From the NCBI GenBank assembly GCA_011523245.1, contig WTHG01000227.1:1-29646 (forward strand): a DNA stretch of 29,646 nt, written 5' to 3'. A program made the translations under genes and the position numbers. Position 1 is the stretch's first letter. Every line of letters begins with the position of its first letter. Shown piece by piece: positions 15,604 to 28,179 of the stretch. This DNA is from Verrucomicrobiales bacterium (GTDB lineage Bacteria > Verrucomicrobiota > Verrucomicrobiia > Limisphaerales > UBA1100). Under the pieces are notes generated by a model. That model saw only the letters and a program-made list of their open reading frames with translations. It made no database searches and had not been told where the DNA came from.

Positions 15604-17769
15604 TTATTTATTGGCCTTGTCCAAAATTTCCTCGGAGATGCTGGCGGGCACCTGCTCGAATGTGTCCGGCTCCATGGAGTAGGAGGCACGGCCGCTTGAG
15701 AGTGAGCGGATATCCGTGGCGTATCCAAACATTTGGGCCAACGGAATCTTCGCGGTGATCACCGTGCCGGAGGGTTTGGAGTCAATTCCCTGCACCTCAC
15801 CACGACGTCGGTTCATGTCGCCAATGATGTCACCCTGATATTCATCCGGAGTAGTAGCTTCCACCTTCATCATCGGCTCCAGCAGCACGGCTTTGGCCTT
15901 GGCCACGGCTTCTTTCATGGCCAAAATGCCCGCCATTTTGAAAGCCAACTCGTTTGAGTCGACGTCGTGGTAGCTACCATCAACGATCGAAATTTTCATG
16001 TCGATCAATTCGAAACCAGCCAACACACCGCCCTGAATGGTTTCCAGAATCCCTTTCTCCACCGCAGGGATGTATTCACGAGGAATCACACCGCCCACAA
16101 TTTTGTTTTCCACCTCCACACCGCTACCCCGTTCGGTGGGCTCGATGGTAATGGTGGCGTCACCGTACTGACCGCGACCACCGGATTGTTTCTTGAAAAG
16201 CCCGCGACCTTCGGCAGCAGCGGTGATGGTCTCGCGATAGGCGATCTGGGGGGCACCGGATTGCGCCTGCACTTTGAACTCACGCTTCAGTCGGTCCCGA
16301 ATAATTTCGAGGTGCAGCTCACCCATGCCAGCCACGAGTGTCTGCCCGGTTTCCTCATCGGTGTAGCATTTGAAAGTGGGATCTTCCTCGGCCAATGCCT
16401 GCAGCCCTGCAGCCATTTTTTCTTGGTCGGCCTTGGAGTCTGGCTCGATAGCCATGGAAATGACAGGCTCCGGGAACGTTGGTGGCTCGAGGCAGACATC
16501 AATGTCCGGCGTGCAAAGGGTATCACCAGTGGTGATGTTGCGAACACCCACTAAGGCAGCGATGTCGCCGGCGTAGACGGTCTCGACATTTTCCTGTTTG
16601 TCGGCCTGAATCATCATGATCCGATTCACGCGTTCCTTTTTACGGGTTCGCGGGTTGTACATCGTATCGCCCTTGGTGATCTGGCCGCTATAAACGCGGA
16701 AGAAAACTAGTTTGCCGGCGAAGGGGTCGGTCCACAACTTGAATGCTAGAGAGCAGAACGGAGCATTATCGTCAGCAGGGAATTCCGTTATCTTGGATTC
16801 GTCATCCGGATCGGCCCCGGATTGAACATCCACGTCCAACGGTGAAGGCAGATAATCAACCACCGCATCCACCATTGGCTGCACGCCCTTGTTCTTGAAG
16901 GCGGAGCCGCCCAAGACCGGTACAAATTCACCGGCAATAGTCAAGCGACGGATGGCCTGCTTCAGCTGCGTCGCGTCGGGTGTCTTATCTTCGAGGAGCA
17001 TTTCCATGATCTCCTCATCGCGGTCGCCCACCGCTTCGAGTAATTCCTGATAGGCCGTCTCGGCCGTTTCCTTGAGATCGCCCTCGAGTTCTTCGACGTT
17101 GATCTTGGAACCAAAATCATCGGAAGGATCGTGGATCAGCGCCTTTTGGTTCACCACATCGATCAAACCCTTGAGATCTTCTTCTGAGCCAATCGGGATG
17201 CCGACCGGATAGGCGGGAGCCCCAAGACGCTCACGCATTTCGCTGACCACATTGGCAAAATTCGCACCGGTGCGGTCCATCTTGTTGACGAACGCGATCC
17301 GCGGGACGTTGTATTTGGTGGCCTGTCGCCAAACCGTCTCGGACTGCGGCTGCACACCGGCCACGCCACAGAACACGGCCACGGCACCGTCCAGCACGCG
17401 CATGGAGCGCTCCACCTCTGCGGTGAAGTCCACGTGACCCGGGGTATCGATGATGTTCACGCGGTGCCCTACGTCGGTCCAGAGCTTAGCAGTGCCGTCA
17501 TTAGCCTGCTTCCAGAAACAGGTGGTGGCAGCAGAGGTGATGGTAATGCCGCGCTCACGTTCCTGCTCCATCCAGTCGGTCACGGTGTTGCCATCGTGCA
17601 CTTCACCGATCTTGTGGCTCAGGCCCGTGTAAAACAGGATGCGCTCGGTGGTGGTGGTTTTGCCGGCGTCGATATGCGCGGCAATGCCGATGTTCCGGGT
17701 GCGCTCCAGCGTGTATTCGCGGTTCGGCGAATTCAACGCGCTGGTGTCTTTTTCTGCTGCTGTTTCCAT
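15604..17769 (-). CDS. fusA: Elongation factor G
   Basis: [68 protein letters not shown]. Confidence 0.99.
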   Translation of the reverse strand: METAAEKDTSALNSPNREYTLERTRNIGIAAHIDAGKTTTTERILFYTGLSHKIGEVHDGNTVTDWMEQERERGITITSAATTCFWKQANDGTAKLWTDVGHRVNIIDTPGHVDFTAEVERSMRVLDGAVAVFCGVAGVQPQSETVWRQATKYNVPRIAFVNKMDRTGANFANVVSEMRERLGAPAYPVGIPIGSEEDLKGLIDVVNQKALIHDPSDDFGSKINVEELEGDLKETAETAYQELLEAVGDRDEEIMEMLLEDKTPDATQLKQAIRRLTIAGEFVPVLGGSAFKNKGVQPMVDAVVDYLPSPLDVDVQSGADPDDESKITEFPADDNAPFCSLAFKLWTDPFAGKLVFFRVYSGQITKGDTMYNPRTRKKERVNRIMMIQADKQENVETVYAGDIAALVGVRNITTGDTLCTPDIDVCLEPPTFPEPVISMAIEPDSKADQEKMAAGLQALAEEDPTFKCYTDEETGQTLVAGMGELHLEIIRDRLKREFKVQAQSGAPQIAYRETITAAAEGRGLFKKQSGGRGQYGDATITIEPTERGSGVEVENKIVGGVIPREYIPAVEKGILETIQGGVLAGFELIDMKISIVDGSYHDVDSNELAFKMAGILAMKEAVAKAKAVLLEPMMKVEATTPDEYQGDIIGDMNRRRGEVQGIDSKPSGTVITAKIPLAQMFGYATDIRSLSSGRASYSMEPDTFEQVPASISEEILDKANK

Positions 17770-17784
17770 CTTCTCTATTCGACT

Positions 17785-17818
17785 AAAAAACGCTCCGGGA
17801 AAAACATCGCCCGGAGCG
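17785..17818 (-). terminator. Terminator-like hairpin between rpsG and fusA
   Basis: Minus strand CGCTCCGGG-CGATGTTTTT-CCCGGAGCG (9-bp GC-rich stem, 10-nt loop) followed directly by TTTTTT. Confidence 0.65.
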
Positions 17819-17837
17819 AATTCAACTGCAAATTGTC

Positions 17838-18311
17838 CTACCAGCGGAAGTGGGCGAATGCCTTGTTCGCCTGCGCCATTCGGTGCACTTCATCGCGCCT
17901 TCGAATGGAGCTTCCTTCGCCTTCATAGGCTTCCATTATTTCCTTAGCCAAAGCATTCCCCATCGGGGTGCCTTTGCGGGATTTGGCAAATTGTACGATC
18001 CAGCGGAGTGCCAGAGCTTCGGAGCGTGCGCCGGTCACTTCCATGGGGACCTGATAAGTAGCCCCCCCCACGCGGCGGCTCTTGACCTCGAGGCGGGGCT
18101 TGGCGTTTTCCACCGCGCGCTCCAATACCTCCAAGGCGGTTGTGCCTTCCTGGTTTTCCACGATCTGGTCAAAGGCGCCATAGACAATCCGCTGGGCGAC
18201 GCTGCGTTTGCCGCGTTCCATGACGGTGTTGACCAAACGGCCGACCAGCCGACTGCCAAATTGGACATCCGGATAAATCTCTCGCTTAACTGCTCTGCGT
18301 CGTCGTGACAT
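17838..18311 (-). CDS. rpsG: 30S ribosomal protein uS7
   Basis: [35 protein letters not shown] terminus. Confidence 0.99.
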   Translation of the reverse strand: MSRRRRAVKREIYPDVQFGSRLVGRLVNTVMERGKRSVAQRIVYGAFDQIVENQEGTTALEVLERAVENAKPRLEVKSRRVGGATYQVPMEVTGARSEALALRWIVQFAKSRKGTPMGNALAKEIMEAYEGEGSSIRRRDEVHRMAQANKAFAHFRW

Positions 18312-18326
18312 CGTCTGTTAAAATTT

Positions 18327-18710
18327 TTACTTCTTGTCTGCCTTCGGGCGTTTCACGCCGTACTTGGAGCGGCTCACGCGGCGTTTCTCCACGCCCTGAG
18401 CATCGCGTTGCCCCCGCACCACATGGTAGCGCACACCCGGCAAATCCTTCACCCGGCCGCCGCGCACCAGCACAATGCTGTGCTCCTGCAAGTTATGACC
18501 TTCATCCGGAATGTAGGCGATGATCTCCTGACCGTTGGTCAGGCGTACCTTAGCCACTTTCCGCATAGCGGAGTTCGGTTTCTTCGGTGTACGGGTATAC
18601 ACCTGCAGGCATACCCCTTGGCGGAAGGGACAATTCTGCAAAGCCGGAGATGTGCTCTTCTCCTTAATCTTCTTCCGCCCTTTGCGGATCAACTGGTTAA
18701 TGGTTGGCAT
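18327..18710 (-). CDS. rpsL: 30S ribosomal protein uS12
   Basis: [51 protein letters not shown]. Confidence 0.99.
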   Translation of the reverse strand: MPTINQLIRKGRKKIKEKSTSPALQNCPFRQGVCLQVYTRTPKKPNSAMRKVAKVRLTNGQEIIAYIPDEGHNLQEHSIVLVRGGRVKDLPGVRYHVVRGQRDAQGVEKRRVSRSKYGVKRPKADKK

Positions 18711-18772
18711 TTTATCTTAAATACCTTGCAAAAAAACGCGTTACCGCGCTGTTTTTGGCAAACGGGGGCGGG

Positions 18773-18800
18773 ATATTACCAAAGGTTATCCCCAGTGCAA
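18773..18800 (-). promoter_or_regulatory. sigma70-type promoter for rpsL and the downstream cluster
   Basis: TTGCAC (18800-18795), 16 nt, TAATAT (18778-18773) preceded by TGG (extended -10, TGn). An A/T-rich UP-like tract lies upstream and a GC-rich discriminator (CCCGCCCCC) downstream. Confidence 0.7.
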
Positions 18801-18868
18801 CAAGTTTTCTTACTTTTTTTGCAAAAAGTTTCTCATCACACTTTTTCCACTTTCCGTTTCAGTGGAGA

Positions 18869-21800
18869 CTAACCCACTAACGGGTTCGGTTCCTCAGATT
18901 CCGGCCCCAACAACAGGTGGGATTCATCCTCCATTTCCACCGGATCCACCAGCGGTTTGAGGTCTAACTTACGGTGCCCATCAAATCCGGTGCCGGCTGG
19001 AATAATGTGACCCATGATGACGTTTTCCTTAAAGCCGTGGAGTGTGTCTTTTTTACCAAGGGTGGCTGCTTCAGTTAACACGCGGGTGGTGTCTTGGAAG
19101 GACGCCGCGGAAAGGAAACTCTCTGTTTCCACCGAGGCCTTGGTGATGCCCAGCAACACTGGGCTTGCCTCCGCAGGTTGACCGCCCATCTCTTCGATGC
19201 GTTCGTTTTCAATTTCAAACGTCACCTTGTCGACCTGCTCACCCCACAGGAACGTGGTATCGCCAGCCTCGGTAATGCGCACCTTGCGGAGCATTTGGCG
19301 CACGATCATTTCGATGTGCTTGTCGTTAATCGTCACACCCTGCAGGCGGTACACCTCTTGCACCTCGTTCACGAGGAAGGCTTGCAACGCGTGCACGCCT
19401 AGAATGTCCAGAATGTCATGCGGTAAGATCGGGCCTTCAGTAAGCTGTTGGCCCTTCTTCACAAAGTCACCCTTAAACACAATGCAGTGTTTGCCGATCG
19501 GCACGAGGTGCTCTTCTTCCTCCCCCGCATCTTCGTTGGTGAGAATGAGCGAGCGCTTACCGCGCACAATCGGACCGAAGTCCACCACTCCATCAATCTT
19601 AGCGATTTCAGCAGCATCCTTCGGTTGGCGGGCTTCGAATAACTCGGACACACGCGGCAGACCACCGGTGATATCCTTCGTCTTAGAGGTCTTTCGAGGA
19701 GTCTTGGCCAACAAGGTGCCAGGGGCAATCTTATCACCTTCATCCACCGTCACGTGGGCACCGGCAGGAATCGGGTAGTCTGCCACGGCGTGGCCCTTGG
19801 AGTCTTCCACAATCACTTGCGGATGGAGATCTTCCTTGTGCTCAATGATCACCATGGATTCCTGCCCAGTGGCCGCATCCACTTCGTGATCCATCGTCAC
19901 TCCCTCGATAATGTCGTGGAAGACGATCTTGCCACCTTTTTCCGAGAGAATCGGCACATTGTATGGATCCCACTGTACAAAGGTTTGGCCTTTCTTGACG
20001 GTCTCTCCGTCAGCCACGGACAACACGGCACCGATAGGAATATCATAATCTTCGGTTTCCGCGTTGGTTTTAGGATCGTGAATACTGACTCGACCGTTTT
20101 TGTTCAGCACAATGTGGCTGCCATCTTCTAGGTCCACAATCCGGAGGCCTTCGTATTTCACAACACCACCTTCGCGGGCAACGATCTCCGGCTGTTTAAA
20201 AACAGAAGAAGCCGTACCACCGATGTGGAAGGTCCGCATGGTCAGCTGGGTGCCCGGTTCACCGATCGACTGGGCGGCAATGATTCCAACAGCTTGACCG
20301 TGCTCGGCGGTTTTACCGGTGGCTAGGTTGCGGCCGTAGCAATGGGCACACACACCATGGCGCACCTCGCAGGTAAGCACCGAACGCACCTTCACCTTTT
20401 CGATGTTGGCGTCTTCGATGGCTGCAGCTTTTGTCTCGTTAATCTCTTCACCGGCGCGCACAAAGAATTCATCCGGGTTAAACGGATTGATCACATCCTC
20501 ACAGGAGTGGCGGCCCACGAGGCGGTCGGCCAAGTGCACAACCTCTTCTTCGCCTTCATAAATGGCTTCCAGCCAAATACCGTTATTGGTTCCACAATCC
20601 GTCTCCTGAATAATCACGTCTTGCGCCACATCCACGAGCTTGCGAGTCATGTAACCGGAGTCGGCGGTCTTTAGGGCGGTATCAGCCAGGCCTTTACGTG
20701 CACCGTGTGTGGAAATGAAATACTCTAACACAGTGAGCCCCTCGCGGAAGTTTGAGAGAATCGGTTTCTCAATGATGTCACCGCTCGGCTTGGCCATCAA
20801 GCCACGCACACCTGCAAGCTGACGCACTTGTTGGCGGTTACCCCGCGCCCCGGAATCTACCATGAGTGCAACGGGGTTATACTCATCCTTGCCCTGGTTA
20901 GCCTCAAGCGTCTCCAACATCACGTTCGAGATCTTGTCCGTTGCATGCGTCCAGATATCAATGATCTTGTTGTAGCGTTCGCCCGGAGTGATGACACCCT
21001 TCCGGTACTGCTTCTCCACATCATCAATTTCCTTCTGAGCGGACTTAATCTGCTGGCTCTTCTCGGCCGGGATGATCATGTCGTCGACACCGATTGAAGC
21101 GCCCGCTTTCGTGGCTTCCTTAAAACCCAGCTCCTTGAGCTTGTCTAGTGCCACAACGGTCTTCTTTTGACCGGCAAACTTGTAGGAGTTTCCAATCAAT
21201 TCACCTAGCTTACCCTTGGCGACCTCGAAATTCGGAAACCCAATTTCCTCGGGCCAAATTTCACTGAACACCACGCGACCTGCGGTGGTGGTGATTACCG
21301 AGGATTCCTTGTCGCCATACACGGTGTCTTTGCCGCGGTCTGGATTGGCCAGGTGAATGCGTGAGTGATGATCAATATCCTCCTCGTCGAGAGCGAAGAA
21401 CACTTCGTCCATATTCGCAAACAATGGAATACGCTGCTCTTTCTTGCCTTTCCGGCTGGGCAACTTGCGCGGCTCCACGGTGAGGTAATAGGATCCCAGC
21501 GTGATGTCCTGCGTGGGCGTCATGATCGGCTTACCGCTGGACGGGCTGAAAATGTTGTTTGGCGCCAGCATCAGAAGGCGGGCCTCCATTTGCGCTTCCA
21601 CGGACAGCGGCACGTGCACCGCCATTTGGTCACCGTCAAAGTCCGCGTTGTACGCAGTGCAGACCAGCGGATGAACGCGGATGGCCGACCCCTCTATGAG
21701 CACCGGCTCAAACGCCTGCACAGACAAACGGTGCAAGGTAGGCGCACGGTTCAACATCACCGGGTGCCCCTTGGTTACCTCTTCTAGGACATCCCACACT

Positions 21801-23050
21801 TCGGGGGTTTGGCGCTCGATGAGTTTCTTAGCCGAACGCACGGTATGAACGTAACCCAATTCCTTGAGGCGGCGAATGATGAACGGCTCGAACAACACGA
21901 GCGCCATCTTCTTGGGCAGGCCGCATTGGTTAAGCTTCAGTTCCGGCCCGATAACAATCACCGAACGACCAGAGTAATCCACACGCTTGCCGAGCAAGTT
22001 TTGGCGGAAACGACCGCCCTTACCCTTGAGCATGTCGGACAGCGACTTGAGTGCACGGTTACCCGCACCGGTTACCGCACGGCCATGGCGACCGTTGTCG
22101 AACAACGCGTCCACCGCTTCCTGTAGCATCCGTTTCTCGTTGCGGATGATGACCTCGGGGGTCTTCAACTGCATGAGATTTTTCAAACGATTGTTCCGGT
22201 TAATGACGCGACGATACAGGTCGTTCAAGTCTGACGTTGCAAAGCGACCGCCTTCCAACGGCACCAGCGGGCGCAGGTCCGGGGGAATTACCGGCAGTAC
22301 ACTGAGGATCATCCATTCCGGACGGGTAGCGGATTCCTTGAATCCGTTGAATAGCTTAATGCGTTTAGCGAGCTTCTTGCGAATCTGCTTACTGCGCGTC
22401 TTGGTCATGGCCTCGTGCAATTCGTCGATGCCCTGATCCAAATCAATTTTTTCCAGCGCTTGGTATACCGCCTCGGCACCCATCTTGGCGACAAAAGCGC
22501 CGCCCTCATCAAGGCTGTCATTCGGCCCGTAGGTTTCCACGGCCTCCCGCATCTCCGCCTCGGTGAGGAGTTGATTGCGCTCCAGCGGCGTGTCGCCCGG
22601 ATCAATCACGAGATAATCCTCGTAGTAAATCACGCGCTCAAGATGACGTCCGGTCATGTCCAGCATCAAACCAAGACGAGACGGCATGCATTTGAAGAAC
22701 CAAATATGACTGCAAGGCACGGCCAGTTCTATGTGGCCCATGCGCTCGCGGCGCACGCGGGCAAGGGTGACCTCCACACCGCAACGGTCACACACCACTC
22801 CCTTATATTTGATCCGCTTATATTTACCGCAGGAACATTCCCAATCCTTAACTGGACCGAAGATACGCTCACAAAAGAGGCCGCCCTTTTCGGGCTTAAA
22901 GGTTCGGTAGTTGATGGTCTCGGGATTTTTGACTTCACCCTTGGACCAACGCCGGATGGTTTCCGGGGAGGCCACGGAGACCTGCACATAATCCACGAGG
23001 TTAACGCGCTCGAGTCCGAGTAATTCGCGGGCTGAATCGGTGCTACTCAT
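18869..23050 (-). CDS. rpoC: RNA polymerase beta' subunit
   Basis: [22 protein letters not shown], Zn-finger CSCGKYK..CDRC, catalytic [38 protein letters not shown]. Confidence 0.99.
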   Translation of the reverse strand: MSSTDSARELLGLERVNLVDYVQVSVASPETIRRWSKGEVKNPETINYRTFKPEKGGLFCERIFGPVKDWECSCGKYKRIKYKGVVCDRCGVEVTLARVRRERMGHIELAVPCSHIWFFKCMPSRLGLMLDMTGRHLERVIYYEDYLVIDPGDTPLERNQLLTEAEMREAVETYGPNDSLDEGGAFVAKMGAEAVYQALEKIDLDQGIDELHEAMTKTRSKQIRKKLAKRIKLFNGFKESATRPEWMILSVLPVIPPDLRPLVPLEGGRFATSDLNDLYRRVINRNNRLKNLMQLKTPEVIIRNEKRMLQEAVDALFDNGRHGRAVTGAGNRALKSLSDMLKGKGGRFRQNLLGKRVDYSGRSVIVIGPELKLNQCGLPKKMALVLFEPFIIRRLKELGYVHTVRSAKKLIERQTPEVWDVLEEVTKGHPVMLNRAPTLHRLSVQAFEPVLIEGSAIRVHPLVCTAYNADFDGDQMAVHVPLSVEAQMEARLLMLAPNNIFSPSSGKPIMTPTQDITLGSYYLTVEPRKLPSRKGKKEQRIPLFANMDEVFFALDEEDIDHHSRIHLANPDRGKDTVYGDKESSVITTTAGRVVFSEIWPEEIGFPNFEVAKGKLGELIGNSYKFAGQKKTVVALDKLKELGFKEATKAGASIGVDDMIIPAEKSQQIKSAQKEIDDVEKQYRKGVITPGERYNKIIDIWTHATDKISNVMLETLEANQGKDEYNPVALMVDSGARGNRQQVRQLAGVRGLMAKPSGDIIEKPILSNFREGLTVLEYFISTHGARKGLADTALKTADSGYMTRKLVDVAQDVIIQETDCGTNNGIWLEAIYEGEEEVVHLADRLVGRHSCEDVINPFNPDEFFVRAGEEINETKAAAIEDANIEKVKVRSVLTCEVRHGVCAHCYGRNLATGKTAEHGQAVGIIAAQSIGEPGTQLTMRTFHIGGTASSVFKQPEIVAREGGVVKYEGLRIVDLEDGSHIVLNKNGRVSIHDPKTNAETEDYDIPIGAVLSVADGETVKKGQTFVQWDPYNVPILSEKGGKIVFHDIIEGVTMDHEVDAATGQESMVIIEHKEDLHPQVIVEDSKGHAVADYPIPAGAHVTVDEGDKIAPGTLLAKTPRKTSKTKDITGGLPRVSELFEARQPKDAAEIAKIDGVVDFGPIVRGKRSLILTNEDAGEEEEHLVPIGKHCIVFKGDFVKKGQQLTEGPILPHDILDILGVHALQAFLVNEVQEVYRLQGVTINDKHIEMIVRQMLRKVRITEAGDTTFLWGEQVDKVTFEIENERIEEMGGQPAEASPVLLGITKASVETESFLSAASFQDTTRVLTEAATLGKKDTLHGFKENVIMGHIIPAGTGFDGHRKLDLKPLVDPVEMEDESHLLLGPESEEPNPLVG

Positions 23051-23081
23051 TATTTAAATATCCTTCTCAGTTTCAGGTCGG

Positions 23082-26000
23082 TTAGCTGGCGAGAGCGGCG
23101 AGGGTGTCATCGGCTTCGGAGCTGTCCCCCGTGGGATTGGTATAGCCCACCTTCACTTCCAAACCTAGGGATTCCATTTCCTTCACGAGCACGTTGAACG
23201 ACTCGGGAATACCGGCATCCAACGTGTTATCGCCCTTCACGATGTTCTCGTAAATACGGGTACGGCCCTGCACGTCGTCTGACTTCACGGTCAATAATTC
23301 CTGCAGGGTATAGGCGGCGCCATAGGCTTCCATGGCCCACACCTCCATCTCGCCGAAGCGCTGGCCGCCATACTGCGCCTTACCGCCCAGCGGCTGCTGG
23401 GTCACAAGGCTGTAGGGGCCCACCGCGCGGGCGTGAATCTTGTCAGCCACCAAGTGGCCCAGTTTCAGCATGTAAATGTAGCCAACCACGATCTCCTGAT
23501 CGAAGCGTTCGCCGGTTTGGCCATCGTAGAGATAGGCCTTACCGTTTTCGCCCACCAGCGGATCGCCCACCTGTTCAATATTCTGGTCTACGGCTTGCTT
23601 AAGATATTCGCGAACGCTCTTTTCACTGATCCCGTCAAAGATCGGAGTCGCGTAATGCAAACCGAGCATTTTCGAAGCCCAGCCTAGGTGAGTTTCCAGC
23701 AACTGCCCGACGTTCATCCGACTGGGCACGCCCAGTGGGTTCAGGCAGATGTCCACCGGAGTGCCATCTTTCAGGTACGGCATGTCCTCCTCCGGCACGA
23801 TCTTGGCGACCACACCCTTATTACCGTGGCGGCCAGCCATCTTGTCTCCCACAGACAGCTTGCGCTTAGAGGCAACGTAGATTTTGACGTTTTTCACCAC
23901 GCCCGTCTCGCCTTCGTCGCCCGCTTCCACTCGCTGCAGCTCGTCGTCATGCGCCATCTGCAGATCTTCAAAACGTTTGCGGAAGGTATCGAGAATCTCG
24001 TTAATCTTGTTCCGGATGGGAGAAGGATCGATCTCGATCTTGTCATAACTCACTGCGAGTTTGCGCAGCAGGGTCTTGGTAATCTTTCGGTTGGACGGAA
24101 TGATGATCTCGCCGGTCTCGCTGTTTACGACATCCAGCGGAATCTTTTCGCCGAGGAGAATGTTTGCCAGCGCTTCGGTGAGTTGCTCGTGCAATTCGGC
24201 GAGCTTCTTCTTGTATTCGTCCTGCACCTGCTTCTCACCCTTGTTCGGGGTTGTGGTTACCTTGGCTGTTTTATCTTCCTTGGCGGATACCTTCACATCC
24301 ATGACTATGCCAGTAGTGCCGCTGGGCACACGCAAGGACGTATCCTTCACGTCTGCCGCCTTCTCACCGAAGATAGCTCGAAGCAAACGCTCTTCGGGAG
24401 CCAATTCGGTTTCGCTCTTGGGTGTGATTTTACCCACAAGAATATCGCCGGGCTTCACTTCAGCTCCCACACACACGACGCCATCCGGCCCGAGATCCGC
24501 CAAGGCTTCCTCGCCCACATTCGGAATATCGCGGGTGATTTCCTCGGGACCCAGCTTGGTGTCCCGGGCCGCCACTTCGTATTCGGAGATGTGCACCGAA
24601 GTGAACACATCATCCTTCACGATGCGCCGCGAAATGGTGATCGCGTCCTCAAAGTTGTAGCCGTTCCACGGCATGAACGCGACGAGCACGTTCTTGCCAA
24701 GTGCCAGTTCACCTTGATCAGTAGAAGGTCCATCGGCAATCACCTGCCCTTCCTTCACGGTGTCGCCGCGACTGATGAGCGGTTTTTGGTTAATGCAGGT
24801 GGAGGCATTGGAGCGCTGGAACTTGCGCATTTCGTATACCCACATGCCCGCTTCCGGATCGTGCTTGAACTTGCGTTTGCCCTCGGGCATTTCGCCGTCC
24901 TTGGTGATCACAATCCGATCGCCCGTCACTGAGGCAACCTTGCCACTCACCTCGGTTTTCACCACTGCGCAGGAATCCTGAGCGATACGGCCTTCCATGC
25001 CCGTGGCCACAAACGGCGCCTCTGCCTCGAGCAGTGGTACTGCCTGACGTTGCATGTTTGACCCCATGAGTGCGCGGTTCGCATCATCATGCTCCAGAAA
25101 CGGAATAATGGCGGCTGCCACGGACACGAGCTGTTTCGGGCTCACATCCATGTAATCCACCTCAGTCGGCGGCACGTCAATAAAGTCGCCCTTGCGACGG
25201 CAGGTTACGCGCTCGGTTTGGAACACACCCTTCTCATCGATCGGCGCGTTGGCCTGAGCCACGATATGTTTCTCTTCCGCGTCCGCGGTCAGGTAATCAA
25301 TTTTGTTAGAAACCTTACCCTTCACCACCTTGCGGTAGGGTGTTTCGATAAACCCGAAATCGTTCACGCGAGCAAACGTAGCCAACGACGCTATCAGGCC
25401 GATGTTCGGTCCTTCGGGCGTTTCAATGGGGCAAATACGGCCGTAGTGTGAGGGGTGCACGTCGCGTACCTCAAAGCCGGCACGATCACGGGACAATCCA
25501 CCCGGGCCCAACGCGGACAAGCGGCGTTTATGCGTGGTTTCAGCCAATGGATTAATTTGATCCATGAACTGACTGAGTTGGCTACGACCGAAGAAATCGC
25601 GAATCACCGCGCTCAAGGCCTTCGGATTCACCAGCTTGGTCGGCGTCATGGTGTCCGTTTCCTGATCGAACAAGGTCATGCGCTCTTTCACGAGGCGTTC
25701 GGTGCGAGCCAAGCCCACGCGGCATTGGTTGGCGACCAACTCTCCCACGGTCCGCACACGCCGTGAACCGAGGTGATCAATATCATCCAACACACCTTCG
25801 CCCATCTTAAGTTTGAGCAGATAACGGGTGGCTTCAGCCAAGTCATCCTTGGTTAGTGTGCGGGACTCTTCGGGATCATTAAAGTCCAGCTTCTGGAAAA
25901 TCTTATAACGACCTACCCGGCCCAAATCGTAGCGTTTAGGATCAAAGAACAGGCGTTTGAGCAAGGCTCGGCTATTGGCTACTGTGGGCGGATCACCCGG

Positions 26001-26951
26001 GCGCAAACGGCCATAAATCTCCTTAAGCGCCTCCTCTTCATTGTGCGCGGGATCCTTCTTCATGCACTTGATAATGAGGCCCTCGTCACGTGAGATGTTC
26101 ACCACACTCACCTTGGTAGTGCCAGTGGTGGCAATCTGCTTAAGGACTGCGCGCGATAGCGGCTCAAAGGCGCGGGCCACAATCACGTTTTTCTCTTCGT
26201 CCTCAATGTCCTGCGTCAGCACAAGATCCGCGAGGTTGTCATGTTTCTCGGCCTTCTTAAGGCTCATCTCTTCGATGTCGTAGAACATCTCGAGAATCTC
26301 ACGGTCCGTTCCCTTGGAACCATCATCCTTCAGGAAACACAGTGCGCGGAAGAAAGTGGTGATCAGAAACTTACGCCGCCGTTTCTTGCGGTCCAGATAC
26401 ACGTACAATAAATCGTTGGTATCAAACTGCGCTTCAAACCACGAACCGCGGTCCGGAATGATCCGGAACGAATGCAGTGTCTTGCCGTTGGCGTGCGTGG
26501 AGGTCTCGAACGCCAAGCCCGGCGAACGGTGCAATTGGCTCACGATCACACGCTCTGCGCCATTGATTACAAAGCTGCCCGACGGCGTCATCAGGGGCAT
26601 TTCCCCCATGAACACTTCCTCTTCCTTGACCTGTTTGCCCTCCTTAAGATGGAAGGTGACGTAGAGCGCAGCCCCGTAGGTACCACCATCGTCCAGTGCC
26701 TCAAGCCAAGTTTGCTTGGGTGGACGAATCTCGTAGCTATGAAAATCCAAAGTGATGCTACCGTCGTAACTCTCAATAGGAAACACTTCCTTCAAAACGG
26801 CTTCCAAGCCGTCCTCAACGCGCTTGGTTTTGTCCACTCCCAACTGGAGGAACTCTGCGTACGATTTCTTCTGGATCTCGATCAGGTTTGGGAAGTCGAT
26901 GACTTCCTTGATCTTACTGAAGTTAATTCGTTCCCGTTGTGTCGCTGCCAT
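23082..26951 (-). CDS. rpoB: RNA polymerase beta subunit
   Basis: [31 protein letters not shown]...[40 protein letters not shown]. Confidence 0.99.
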   Translation of the reverse strand: MAATQRERINFSKIKEVIDFPNLIEIQKKSYAEFLQLGVDKTKRVEDGLEAVLKEVFPIESYDGSITLDFHSYEIRPPKQTWLEALDDGGTYGAALYVTFHLKEGKQVKEEEVFMGEMPLMTPSGSFVINGAERVIVSQLHRSPGLAFETSTHANGKTLHSFRIIPDRGSWFEAQFDTNDLLYVYLDRKKRRRKFLITTFFRALCFLKDDGSKGTDREILEMFYDIEEMSLKKAEKHDNLADLVLTQDIEDEEKNVIVARAFEPLSRAVLKQIATTGTTKVSVVNISRDEGLIIKCMKKDPAHNEEEALKEIYGRLRPGDPPTVANSRALLKRLFFDPKRYDLGRVGRYKIFQKLDFNDPEESRTLTKDDLAEATRYLLKLKMGEGVLDDIDHLGSRRVRTVGELVANQCRVGLARTERLVKERMTLFDQETDTMTPTKLVNPKALSAVIRDFFGRSQLSQFMDQINPLAETTHKRRLSALGPGGLSRDRAGFEVRDVHPSHYGRICPIETPEGPNIGLIASLATFARVNDFGFIETPYRKVVKGKVSNKIDYLTADAEEKHIVAQANAPIDEKGVFQTERVTCRRKGDFIDVPPTEVDYMDVSPKQLVSVAAAIIPFLEHDDANRALMGSNMQRQAVPLLEAEAPFVATGMEGRIAQDSCAVVKTEVSGKVASVTGDRIVITKDGEMPEGKRKFKHDPEAGMWVYEMRKFQRSNASTCINQKPLISRGDTVKEGQVIADGPSTDQGELALGKNVLVAFMPWNGYNFEDAITISRRIVKDDVFTSVHISEYEVAARDTKLGPEEITRDIPNVGEEALADLGPDGVVCVGAEVKPGDILVGKITPKSETELAPEERLLRAIFGEKAADVKDTSLRVPSGTTGIVMDVKVSAKEDKTAKVTTTPNKGEKQVQDEYKKKLAELHEQLTEALANILLGEKIPLDVVNSETGEIIIPSNRKITKTLLRKLAVSYDKIEIDPSPIRNKINEILDTFRKRFEDLQMAHDDELQRVEAGDEGETGVVKNVKIYVASKRKLSVGDKMAGRHGNKGVVAKIVPEEDMPYLKDGTPVDICLNPLGVPSRMNVGQLLETHLGWASKMLGLHYATPIFDGISEKSVREYLKQAVDQNIEQVGDPLVGENGKAYLYDGQTGERFDQEIVVGYIYMLKLGHLVADKIHARAVGPYSLVTQQPLGGKAQYGGQRFGEMEVWAMEAYGAAYTLQELLTVKSDDVQGRTRIYENIVKGDNTLDAGIPESFNVLVKEMESLGLEVKVGYTNPTGDSSEADDTLAALAS

Positions 26952-27135
26952 ATCGCCAATCTTTTATGTTGCCGGCCTTCACCGGCGGGGTTTCCCCGTT
27001 TCCCGAATTATTATTCGGGAAAATGTTTTGCCCTGTGTTCAAGACGGTCCGCAGACCGTGTGTTGTTTGCCTCGTTTCACATAAAACGAGGCTGTCGGTG
27101 GCGGCCGTAGCCGCCACCGATGCCCATGAATTCGG

Positions 27136-27519
27136 TTACTTGACCTCGACCTTCGCCCCGGCTTCCTCGAGCTTCTTCTTAGCCTCTTCGGCCTCGTCTT
27201 TGCTCACGCCTTCGAGAAGGGCTTTCGGTGCGCTCTCCACAAACTCCTTGGCTTCCTTCAAGCCTAAGTCGCTCTTGATGCCGCGCACGGCCTTGATGGC
27301 TGCAACCTTGTTGCCACCGTCTCCGAGGAGAACGACGTCGAAGGAATCTTTCTCCTCCGCCGCGCCAGCGTCGCCGCCTGCAGGCGCTGCCACGGCCACG
27401 GCTGCGGCCGGCGCTGCTGCGCTCACGTCCCATTTTTCCTCGAGTTGTTTCACCAAGTCAGCCGCCTCAATTACGGTCAGGCTGCTCAGCTCTTCTACAA
27501 TCTTGTCCAGATCTGCCAT
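27136..27519 (-). CDS. rplL: 50S ribosomal protein bL12 (L7/L12)
   Basis: L..LTV.EAA.LVK.LEEKW.VSAAAP, EEK..FDVVL, K...IK.VR, LGLKEAK..VE.AP. Confidence 0.99.
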   Translation of the reverse strand: MADLDKIVEELSSLTVIEAADLVKQLEEKWDVSAAAPAAAVAVAAPAGGDAGAAEEKDSFDVVLLGDGGNKVAAIKAVRGIKSDLGLKEAKEFVESAPKALLEGVSKDEAEEAKKKLEEAGAKVEVK

Positions 27520-27651
27520 TGTCTTGTCCTTTGTTTTTAGTCGTCTCGTCGCCCTCCCGGCGGGGAGGATTTCAGTGCGCCGCCTGCGTCCCGACGATTT
27601 ACTGTTGTCTCACTCACCTCCGCCACTCAGCGGGGGTGAAATTCATTTAAT

Positions 27652-28164
27652 TTATTCGCCCTTATCCACTCGAGCCTGGATGGCTCGGGCCACCATACTC
27701 GCCGGAGTATTAACCACTCGAGCCAACTGGGTGGCCGGTGCCTGCAGCACGCCCAGCAACTGGGAGCGCAATACCTCAATGGAGGGAAGATCCGCGATGC
27801 GTATAACGGCATCCGCCTCAAGGCGTTCCTCGCCCACGAAACCGAAACGGATCTTCGGTTTGTCGGTATTCTCAGCGAATTCCTTCACCACTTTGGCGGC
27901 GGCGGAAATATCCGCTTCCCCAGTGATGATCGCTAGCTGGCCACTCAAAGTCCCCTTGAGTTCACCCACACCGGCCTCGGCGGCGGCGGCGACGAACACA
28001 GAGTTTTTCACCACGTGAATCTCCGCATTCACTCCGCGGAGTTTGCCACGCAGATCCTCGAACTCGGCTACAGTGATGCCTTTGTACTCGGTAGCGATGA
28101 AGAACGGGGATTCGTTTAGCCGCTCTACGTATTCGTCAGTCAGAAATTGTTTTTCAGCACGCAT
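27652..28164 (-). CDS. rplJ: 50S ribosomal protein uL10
   Basis: MR.EK, Y.G.TV.....LR..LR, VVKN, A.LPS.E.L...LLG.LQAP; position between rplA and rplL. Confidence 0.98.
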   Translation of the reverse strand: MRAEKQFLTDEYVERLNESPFFIATEYKGITVAEFEDLRGKLRGVNAEIHVVKNSVFVAAAAEAGVGELKGTLSGQLAIITGEADISAAAKVVKEFAENTDKPKIRFGFVGEERLEADAVIRIADLPSIEVLRSQLLGVLQAPATQLARVVNTPASMVARAIQARVDKGE

Positions 28165-28179
28165 GATATTGTTCCCCGG

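Noticed and set aside
18327-18710. Streptomycin-resistance positions in uS12
   Set aside because: PKKPNS and RVKDLPG are canonical.
18846-18866. TCCACT/AGTGGA hairpin just after the rpoC stop
   Set aside because: Only 6 bp with a 9-nt loop and followed by A-rich, not U-rich, sequence on the transcribed strand; not supportable as a terminator.
23688-24932. 414-aa plus-strand ORF, and other long antisense ORFs (26939-28018, 8834-9712, 13165-13806, 6891-7556)
   Set aside because: Each lies opposite a highly expressed gene, shows no recognisable motif and has the composition of a codon-bias shadow frame.
25440-25620. Rifampicin-resistance region of rpoB checked for resistance substitutions
   Set aside because: Residues equivalent to E. 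coli Q513, D516, H526, S531 and L533 are canonical; the S522A-type change is common in sensitive species.
18869-26951. Possible inteins, introns or rpoB-rpoC fusion
   Set aside because: Lengths are ordinary, conserved blocks are collinear, no intein motifs are visible, and a stop plus a 31-nt spacer separates the genes.
27547-27596. CUGA..GAAA-like words suggesting a hammerhead ribozyme
   Set aside because: The CUGANGA core and the three required stems are not present.
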